From: Anaeramoeba ignava BMAN
Taxonomy: Eukaryota; Protista; Anaeramoebae
Assembly: GCA_028826165.1 (NCBI GenBank)
Contig: JAPDFW010000114.1
Coordinates: forward strand, 310,001 to 374,000
Length of the DNA: 64,000 nucleotides
Reading direction: 5' to 3'
Part shown: one piece after another, positions 1 to 10,060 of the stretch
Numbering within the stretch: the stretch's first letter is position 1
Layout: every line of letters begins with the position of its first letter
Notes under the pieces: generated by a model
Databases searched by the model: none
What the model was told of the DNA's origin: nothing
Seen by the model: only the letters and a program-made list of their open reading frames with translations
Position numbers and translations under genes: made by a program

Positions 1-2100
1 TGAATTTGGTATTGATATTAAATTTAAATTTGAATTTGAATTTGAATTTGAATTTGAATTTGAATTTGAATTTGAATTTGAATTTGAATTTGAATTTGAA
101 TTTGAATTTGAATTTGAATTTGAATTTGATTTTAAATTTGATATTGAATTTGAATTTGATTTTGATTTTAATTTTAATTTTGATTTTAATATTGAATTTG
201 ATTTTGATTTTGATTTTGATTTTAAATTTGATTTTAATTTTATTTAAATTTTGATTTTAAATTTGAATTTGATTTTAATTTAAAATTTCATTTTGAATTT
301 AATTTTAATTTTGGTTTTGATTTTGATTTATATTTTGATTTTGATTTTGATTTTGAATTTGATATTGAATTTGATATTGATATTGATATTGATATTGATA
401 TTGATATTGATATTGATATTGATATTGATATTGATATTGATATTGATATTGAATTTGATTTTGATTTTAATTTTAATTTTGATTTTGATTTTGATTTTGA
501 TTTTAATTTTGATTTTGATTTTGATTTTAATTTTGATTTTGATTTTGATTTTGATATTGAATTTGATTTTAATTTTAATTTTAATTTTAATATTGAATTT
601 GATTTTGATTTTGATTTTGATTTTGATTTTGATTTTGATTTTGATTTTGATTTTGATTTTAATTTTGATTTTAAATTTGATATTGATATTGATTTTGATT
701 TTGATTTTGATTTTGATTTTGATTTTAATATTGAATTTGATATTGATTTTTATTTTAATTTTGAATTTGAATTTGAATTTGAATTTGATATTGAATTTGA
801 TATTGATTTTGAATTTGAATTTAATTTTGATTTTAATTTTGAATTTGAATTTGAATTTGAATTTGAATTTGAATTTGAATTTAAATTTGAATTTGATTTT
901 GATTTTGATTTTGATATTGATTTTGATATTGAATTTGAATTTAATTTTGAATTTGAATTTGAATTTGGTATTGATATTGATATTGATATTGATATTGATA
1001 TTAATTTTGATATTGATATTGAATTTAAATTTGAATTTTAATTTGATTTTGATTTATATTTTGATTTTGAATTTGAATTTGATATTGAATTTGAATTTGA
1101 TTTTGATATTGATATTGATATTGATATTGATATTGATATTGATATTGATATTGATATTGATATTGATATTGATATTGATATTGATTTTGATTTTGATTTT
1201 GATTTTGATTTTGATTTTAAATTTGATTTTGATTTTGATTTATATTTTGATTTTGATTTTAATTTAAAATTTCATTTTGAATTTGAATTTGAATTTGAAT
1301 TTGATTTTAAATTTGATATTGAATTTGATTTTGATTTTAATTTTGAATTTGAATTTGATATTGAATTTGAATTTAAATTTAAATTTGAATTTAATTTTGA
1401 TATTAATTTTGAATTTGATTTTGATTTTGATTTTAAATTTGATATTGAATTTGATTTTAATTTTAAATTTGATTTTAATTTTGAATTTAATTTTGAATTT
1501 GATTTTGATTTTAAATTTTGATTTTGAATTTGATATTGAATTTGATATTGAATTTGAATTTGGTATTGATTTTGATTTTAATTTTAATTTTGATATTGAT
1601 TTTGATTTTGAATTTGATTTTGATTTTGATTTTGAATTTGAATTTGAATTTGAATTTGAATTTGAATTTGAATTTGAATTTGAATTTGAATTTGAATTTG
1701 AATTTGAATTTTAATTTTGAATTTGAATTTGATTTTAAATTTGAATTTGAATTTGAATTTGAATTTGATTTTAAATTTGATATTGAATTTGATTTTAATT
1801 TTAAATTTGATATTGAATTTGATTTTAATTTTAAATTTGATTTTGATTTTGAATTTGATTTTAATTTAAAATTTCATTTTGAATTTAATTTTAATTTTGG
1901 TTTTGATTTTGATTTATAATTTGATTTTAAATTTGATATTGAATTTGATTTTGATTTTGATTTTTGTTTTGATTTTAATTTTGATTTTGATTTTGATTTT
2001 GATTTTGATTTTGATTTTGATTTTGAATTTAATTTTGAATTTTGATTTTAAATTTGATATTGAATTTGAATTTTGAATTTGATATTGATTTAAATTTTAA
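1..2100. repeat. Hexamer microsatellite (TTGATT/TTGAAT/TTGATA/TTTAAT variants) filling the >2.1 kb first intron of a minus-strand gene
   Basis: Degenerate 6-mer array visible directly. It begins just after the minus-strand donor GTAAAA at 2121. The IL/NL/FE ORFs are artefacts of it. Confidence 0.92.
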
Positions 2101-2121
2101 TTGTTTTATTTGAAATTTTAC

Positions 2122-2220
2122 AATGTTTGGAAGTTTCATATAATTTCTAGTTTGTTGAATTGCAAGAAAAGCTGTTTTTCTAAATGATGAATGAAAGTTT
2201 TGAATTAAAGAAAGTGACAT
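2122..2220 (-). CDS. First exon (33 codons) of an unidentified gene continuing left of the window; resembles an organellar targeting presequence
   Basis: ATG 2220, MSLSLIQNFHSSFRKTAFLAIQQTRNYMKLPNI, then phase-0 donor GTAAAA at 2121 into satellite. TCATTT motifs lie upstream on the same strand (2248-2270). No acidic residues. Confidence 0.7.
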
Positions 2221-2390
2221 TATAAAAATTAATAAGGAAAGATGAGTAATGAAAAAAATGAAAAAATGAAAAAGAAAAAAAAAATAATTTAATTAAAAAA
2301 AATTTTTTTTATTGTTTTTTGTTTCTTTTTTTTTTTTTTTTTAATTAAATTGGGGGCATTTAATCAATAATAAAAGAATTGAAAAACGAT

Positions 2391-2498
2391 CATTTCATTT
2401 TTTTTCATTTTTTTCATTTTTTTTCATTTTTTTCTTTTTTTCATTTTTTTCATTTTTTTCATTTTTTTCATTTTTTTTCATTTCATTTTTTTTCATTT
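2391..2498 (+). promoter_or_regulatory. Tandem TTTTTCA/TCATTT initiator(Inr)-like array directly upstream of the ITFG1 ATG
   Basis: About 10 TCATTT copies ending a few nt before ATG 2502. The same motif precedes most start codons in the window on the coding strand. Confidence 0.55.
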
Positions 2499-2501
2499 AG
2501 A

Positions 2502-4682
2502 ATGTCTACTTTATTTTTAGTCTTACTTTTTATTACAATTTCTTTATTAAGCTTTATCCCTACTTTTGTACCTTCTCAAACAAACAAACTTTTATCTCTT
2601 TCAAATCAATCAGAAAAAATATCAGAAGAAACAAAAATAACAGGAAAAATAGGATGTTTAGGTGATTTCAACAACGATCGTTATACAGATTTGTTTATAA
2701 TATCTTCTAATAAAAGAAAAATTGAAGTTTATGAATGGGATCAAAAATATAAAGAGTTTTTTCCAAATGAAAATGCTTTTATTAATTTTGAAGAAGATGA
2801 ATCAATTGAACAAATTGTTGCCGGTGATTTTACTTATAACGGAAAATTGGATCTTCTTGTTGTTGGCTCAAAAAAAACACAAAATTCAACTGGAAAAGGA
2901 TTTATGAGAATTTACCAAGGAAATAACTATGAATTCTTTGAAAAACCCATTGAGTTGAATTATTCCAAACAACAAATTTTAGTCATGGATGTGAATAACG
3001 ATTTCCGATCTGATATTTTGGGTGTTTCATCAGAAACTGGCAAAAAAACCTTTTGGATAAACAATATTTTTTCAGAAAATTTTAATGATTCTTCAGCTTT
3101 TATTGAGAAGGATTGGGACGATATTTTCTCATCTGATCAGCATCCATCAAGAGAGTTTTCATATCAAAATTCAAACTCATTTGTGGATTTAAATGGCGAT
3201 TGTCTTCCTGATTTGTTTGTCACTTCAGTCGAACAAACTGAAAATGGAAATCAAACATTTTTTGAAATTTGGATCAACAAAAAAACTCATTTTGAGTTTT
3301 ACAAAGAATATCTTGCTCCAAATGGGGCTGGACAAGTTTCTTTTGCTGATTTTAATTCGGATGGAGCAATTGATATGATTTTTCCTGTTTGTTATCCTGC
3401 AAAAACTTGTTCGGAAAAAAATGAAATCCACATAGTATTTAATAAGCAAATGAAAATTTGTGGAGATGAAAATTCGGATTCATGTAGAAAATCAAGCAAA
3501 CTTTGTTCTGCAGATGATTCTTTTATTTTTGATTTTGAAAATACGATTGTTATCCCAACAGAAAGTTTTAACAACGAAAAATTTTTTTCTACAGAATCAA
3601 TTCCTTTTACTATTCATGTTGGTGATTTTAATATTGATGGATTTCCTGATATTCTTTTTGTTATGCAGAAGGAGAATTCGCAAGAAACAAGTGTTCAATT
3701 ATGGGAAAATGTTGATTGTATTGGATGTAGAGGTTTTAATCCTCGAATTTTTAAAAGAAAGACTGATAGTCTTGGTAAACTTAACGATTTGAAGTATGGA
3801 TTTGTTGCGAGTTTTATGGATATTGGGGAATCAGGAACACTAGATATTGTTGTTCAATCTAATCCTGGAATTTTTTGTAAATATTTTAAATATTTATTTA
3901 AATTTAAATATTGATTTAATTTTAATTAAAATATTAAATATTTTAAATATTGATTTAAATATTTATTTAAAATTTAAATATTGATTTAATTTTAATATTA
4001 ATTTAAATATTTTAATTTTAAATATTTATTTTAATTTTAAATATTAATTTAATTTTAAATATTTATTTAAATATTGATTTAATTTTAATTTTAAAATTTA
4101 GCAAACCAACAAAATTATATTTCTCTGTTTAAAAATAATATTTTTCATGATGCATACTTTTTCAAAACATTTGGATTAAATGGTGTTTGTAATGCTTGGT
4201 GTCCTACACCACCAGCATTTCCAAATCCGAAACCATATGGAACAGGATCACCAGGAGCAACATTTAAATTTACATTTACAGGAATTGATTCCACAAAAAT
4301 TTATCGAGGAGAATCACAACTAACACAATCACACAATTTGGCACTTCAAACACCATATGTTTTCTTTGGACTTGGAAGAACTAATAATTATATTGAAGAT
4401 TTATATATGGGAATTTCTTCTACAAATCAAGATCATTTTAATACTTGGCATGGAATTATCCCTAATTCTCAAATGTTTATTATTCCTTATCCTAATTTTA
4501 ATACTAAAGATTGGCAAATTGAATTGTTTCTTCAACTTTCTAATAAAACTCTTTATGTTGTTCTTGGTATTTTTATTTGGTTAATTGCTATTGGTTTCCT
4601 TATTTTGTTTTATCATATTAAAGAAAAAAAACAAGATAGAAAAGAAAATATTGCTATTTTACATTTGTTTGAAAAGAATTGA
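2502..4682 (+). CDS. ITFG1: T-cell immunomodulatory protein / ITFG1 (LINKIN) homolog, FG-GAP repeat type I membrane protein, 651 aa
   Basis: Exons 2502-3876 and 4102-4682 (intron GTAAAT..TAG). Signal peptide; repeated GDFNNDRYTDL / GDFTYNGKLDL / DLNGDCLPDL / GDFNIDGFPDI motifs; HDAYFFK and ALQTPYVFFGLGRTNNYIE...IIPNSQ family motifs; C-terminal TM helix. Confidence 0.9.
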
Positions 4683-4767
4683 AATTAAATCAATAAAATA
4701 AAATTAAAATAAAATTATAAACAAAAAAAAAATTAACGTTTTTAAAAATATTTTTTTTTATTTTTCA

Positions 4768-4800
<33 letters not shown>

Positions 4801-4806
4801 GTTTTA

Positions 4807-7800
4807 ATGGAATCAGAAGAAGAATTAAAAAGAATTTTTGCAGGAACTTTAAGTATTCAACAATCAGAAAGAGAATTTGCACAAAATGCATTAGACAAAG
4901 TATTTTAAAAAAATAAAATTAAAACTAAAATTAAAATTAAAATTAAAATTAAAATTAAAATTAAAATTAAAATTAAAATTAAAATTAAAATTAAAATTAA
5001 AATTAAAATTAAAATTAAAATTAAAATTAAAATTAAAGTTACAAAAAACAAAAGGATTTTTATCAATGTTAATGAAATTTTCATTAAATTCATCAAATAA
5101 ACTTTCACATCGACAAGCAGCATCAATTTATCTCAAACGAAGTATAATAAATGATTGGGAAATAAAAGAAGAAACACAAGAAGCAGTATTTTCAGAAGAA
5201 GATAAACAATTTATTATTGAAAACATTATTGAAGCAATGACAGTTGCTCATCCATTGATTCGTAGTCAAATTGCCCAGTGTTTTTTACATATTATTATTG
5301 CTGATTATCCTGAAAGAACGCCGAATCTCCTTGAAAATATTATTGAACTTTTAAATAGTGGTAATGTTGATAATATTTATGGTGCTCTTCTTGCTTTAAG
5401 ATATATCAGTTCAAGATATGAATTGAAACCTTATGAAAAACGTCTTCCTTTATTTGAAATTATTGATAAAACGTTTGGTATTCTTCTTTCCTTTTTTCAA
5501 CAACTTATTCAAATGAATACAAATGAAGCTGGAATATTAATTAAATTAATATGCAAAATTTTCTGGTCTGCATCAATGGTAAATTTATCTAAATTATATA
5601 ATAAATATTAAAATATAAAATATTAAATATTAAAATATAAAATATTAAAATATTAAAATATTAAAATATTAAAATATTTAAATAAATATTTTATAAAAAA
5701 AAGCTTGTTATGCCTAATTACTTAATGAATCAAGAAGTATTTGAAAAATGGTTAGAACTTTTCATTCAAATTTTAACAAGAGATATCACTGAAGACGAAC
5801 AACCTAATGATGTTGAAGAAAGAATTCATTATATTTGGTGGAAATGTAAAAAATGGGTTCTTCATATTTTTAATAGACTGTTTCAAAGATTTGGAGACAC
5901 AAAAATTGTTCAAGATCGTTATAAAGATTTTTCAAGTGTTTTTATGTCAAAATATATTTCTCCAATGCTTCGAGTTTGTGTATCTATTATTGATAAATGG
6001 GAGAATAATCAATTAATACCAGATGTTATTTCAAAATTAATTTTAAGTTTTCTTAATAATGCGTAAATATTTAAATAAATAATTAAATTAATATTTAAAT
6101 TAATATTTAAATTAATATTTATATTAATATTTATATTTAATATTTAAATTAATATTTATATTTAATATTTAAATAAATATTTAAATTAGTATTTAAATTA
6201 ATATTTATATTTAATATTTAAATTAATATTTATATTAATATTTAAATTAATATTTAAATTAATATTTATATTAATATTTAAATTAAATTAATATTTATAT
6301 TTAAATAATAAAAAGAATGTTTTATGCAGTTACTTTCAAAGAAATTCAACAATTTCTTCCAAAATTAATACTAAATATAATATATCCAATTATCTGTTTC
6401 AGTAAAACAGATGAAGAATTATGGGAAACACAACCAAAAGAATATATTTGTAGAGATTTAGATCCATATGGTGATTTAATATTATTAAAATCTGCAGCTG
6501 TTAAGTTACTTCAAGATATAGTTTTTCTTCGAACTAAACATTCATTAGATCTTTTAATGAATCATTGTGATAAAGTTCTTCAAGATTATCAAAAAAATCC
6601 AAATTCAGTTGAGGCATTAATCCAAAAAGAAGGAGCTTTATATGCAATTAATATTATTGAAAAAAAACTTAAAGTGAAAGAAAATTATATTTTTGTTTTA
6701 GAACCTTTACTTGTTAATCATGTTATGCCAGAATTTTCATCACCTTATGGATTTATGAGAGCTCGTGTAAATATTTAAAATATTTAAAATATTCAAAATA
6801 AATATTTAAAATAAATATTTAAAATAAATATTTAAAATATTCAAAATAAATATTTAAAACAAATATCAAAATATTTAAAACAAATATCAAAACATTTAAA
6901 ATAAATTTTTAAAATATTCAAAATAAATATCAAAATATTTTAAATAAATATCAAAATATTCAAAATAAATATTTAAAATAAATTTTTAGGCATGTACTTT
7001 GTTTGGAACTTTTGCTGAAATCCCTTGGAAAAACGAAGACAACTTAAAAGAAGGATTCCATAAAGTAATAAACTGTTTAATTGATTCAGATGCAACTGTG
7101 AGAATATATGCAGCAATTTCACTCAAGAACCTTGTTTTAGAGATTGAAGATGTAAAAGAGCAAATTGGGGAAAATCTACCCGAATTAATCCAGACACTTT
7201 TGGTTCTCATGAACGAGATTGGGATTGAAGAAGTAGTTTCAACAATTCACTTGATTGTTTCAAAATTTGGAGATGAAATTGTTCAATATTCAGGGAATTT
7301 ATGTAAATGTTTAGTAGATTCATTTGTGCTTTTTGTGACAAATGCAGAAACAAGAACACAAACTCGTTCTGCAGCAATGGAATCTCTTCGCACAATCTCC
7401 ACACTACTTGAAGTTCTTGTAGATGTTCCCGAAAGTTTTACCGAGCTCACTCACATATTGGCAGGTCCTCTTTATGAATATTTCGATGCAAACGAGCTCA
7501 AATACCTCGAGACCATTCTTGACATCCTGGCTTATTTGACATACTACTCCCCGCAAATCGAACCAGAGCTCTTTTTGTTTATTGACAAAATCCATGAGGC
7601 ATTCTTCAGAAACACATCCTATTTATTGAAAGAAATGCTCATGTCTTTGGACAATTTTGTGTCCAGAGCAAATGATCTTTTTTTGACTCTTGAAAACGGA
7701 AAGTACCTCAATCTTGTCCTCCAAATCTGCGAAGAGGCAATCACCAGCGACAACGTCTCTGAACAAGATGCTGTTGAGGGATGCAAACTTATTGAGTCCG

Positions 7801-8792
7801 TTATTCAAAACTCGTTGGCTAAAATCGATAATCTTATCCCTAGTTTTTTGGAACTTGCTTTGCGACGTCTTGAAACAAACCCGAAAACTATGTTTCTGCG
7901 CGTTCTTCTTTTCGGCGTTATTGCAAACTGTTTGTGGTACAATGCGGCCCTTGTGATCCCTGTTTTGAAGAAAAAGCAAATTTTTAAGTCGCTATTTGAA
8001 GAATGGATGAATTTAATTTCAAATGAAAATTTAAAAAGTATTCATTCCAAAAAAATTGCGATTCTCGGATTGTCTTCAGTATTAACAGTTCCAAATAATC
8101 AGATGGAAAAAGAAGTTGTTGAGATGATCCCGCGGATTTTCAACGTTTCAGTTACACTTTATTCTCAAATGCAACAGCAAGTGAAGGAAAAAGAAATGGA
8201 GAAAGAAAACGAAAGTGAAAGTGAAAGTGATGAAATGGATAATCAAGATATGGATGATGAATACGAAGATGATGGCGATGGAATCCATGAGCAAAAGGGG
8301 AAATCAAGATACAAAAACGTGAACGGAATGCAATTTTTGGAGGAATCACTTTCTTCCGATTCCGATGAACATCATGATCATGATCATAATCATAATCACA
8401 ATCACAATGATGATAATGATGATGATGATGAATATAATTTACCAGATGAACTTGAGGATGATGAAGATGCTCTTAATGATAGAACAGTTCAAATTGTTAA
8501 GGCTTTAATGGGCGATCTTTCTTCTGCTAAAGCTCTTCTTTCTAATGAACCCCATTCTCATGTTCAGGATGATGATTCTGATGGTTTTTATGATGAGGAT
8601 GAGAATTATGTTTCTGATGAAGTCGAATTTGTTTGTCCTATTGATAATGTTGATGAAGGTCAGTTCTTGGTTTCTCATTTACTTCTATTACAATCTTCAA
8701 ATCAAAAATTAGCATCTTTATGTTTAAGAGGATTAAAACCGAAAAACAAAAAAGAGTGGCAACAATTAAAAAAGAAATATCAAGTTAAATGA
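4807..8792 (+). CDS. IPO7: Importin-7/8 family karyopherin-beta (Nmd5/Sxm1/SAD2-like), 1081 aa
   Basis: Exons 4807-4899, 5039-5578, 5704-6062, 6316-6766, 6990-8792. IBN_N motif RQAASIYLK, IIIADYPE, WWKCKKW, PEFSSPYGFMRARAC, acidic C-terminal loop. Confidence 0.9.
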
Positions 8793-9927
8793 TTGAAAAA
8801 TTTAAAACAAAATTTAAAATGAAATTTAAAATGAAATTTAAAATGAAATTTAAAACAAAATTCAAAACAAAATTTAAAACAAAATTTAAAATGAAATTTA
8901 AAATCAAATTTAAAACAAAATTTAAAATGAAATTTAAAATGAAATTTAAAATGAAATTTAAAATGAAATTTAAAACACAATTTAAAATGAAAATTAAAAT
9001 GAAATTTAAAACAAAATTTAAAACAAAATTTAAAAACAAAATTTAAAAACAAAATTTAAAAACAAAATTTAAAACAAAATTTAAAACAAAATTTAAATCA
9101 AATTTAAAATGAAATTTAAAATGAAATTTAAAACAAATTTAAAACAAAATTTAAAATGAAATTTAAAATGAAATTTAAAATGAAATTTAAAATGAAATTT
9201 AAAACACAATTTAAAATGAAAATTAAAATGAAATTTAAAACAAAATTTAAAACAAAATTTAAAAACAAAATTTAAAAACAAAATTTAAAAACAAAATTTA
9301 AAACAAAATTTAAAACAAAATTTAAATCAAATTTAAAATGAAATTTAAAATGAAATTTAAAACAAATTTAAAACAAAATTTAAAATGAAATTTAAAATGA
9401 AATTTAAAATGAAATTTAAAACACAATTTAAAATGAAAATTAAAATGAAATTCAAAACAAAATTCAAAATGAAATTTAAAATGAAATTTAAAATGAAATT
9501 TAAAATGAAATTTAAAATGAAATTTAAAATGAAATTTAAAATGAAATTTAAAACAATTTAAAATGAAATTTAAATCAAAATTTAAAACAAAATTTAAAAC
9601 AAATTTAAAACAAAATTTAAAATCAAATTTAAAACAAAATTTAAAACAAATTTAAAATCAAAATTTATAACGAAATTTCAAATCAAAATTTAAAATGAAA
9701 TTTAAAATGAAAATTAAAATGAAATTCAAAACAAAATTCAAAATCAAATTTAAAATGAAATTTAAAACAAAATTTAAAATGAAATTTCAAATCAAAATTT
9801 AAAATGAAATTTAAAATGAAATTTAAAACAATTTAAATGAAATTTAAAATGAAATTTAAAACGAAAATTAAAACAAAATTTAAATCAAAATTTAAAACAA
9901 AATTTAAAATCAAAATCAAATCAAAAT
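8793..9927. repeat. 12-mer minisatellite (TTTAAAATGAAA / TTTAAAACAAAA) between the convergent importin and P5A-ATPase genes, with a ~229-nt higher-order duplication
   Basis: Tandem units visible. Marker variant AAAACACAATTTAAAATGAAAATT recurs at ~8972, ~9201 and ~9418. Confidence 0.9.
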
Positions 9928-10060
9928 CCCTTTTTTAAATAGATCTTTTTTCTTCAAAAATAAAACAAACTTTTTTTTAATTTTTTTTTTTAATTTTTTT
10001 ATTTAATTTTTTTGTTTAAATTGTTTAAATTGTTTAAATTGTTTAAATTGTTTAAATTGC

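Noticed and set aside
6-2076. ORFs of IL/NL/FE/FD dipeptide repeats
   Set aside because: Translations of an intronic hexamer microsatellite, with frequent frame shifts and no complexity.
2351-2360. GGGCAT motif here and at ~49371, both in divergent promoters
   Set aside because: Only two occurrences of a 6-mer; not enough to call a regulatory element.
2379-2501. FFHFFH N-terminal extension of the ITFG1 ORF (similar extensions at 43434-43523, 16850-16945, 53004-53057)
   Set aside because: These are promoter T/A tracts read in frame. The downstream ATGs give proper N-termini.
8780-9281. KFKM/FHFK/LNFI ORFs
   Set aside because: Satellite translations on both strands.
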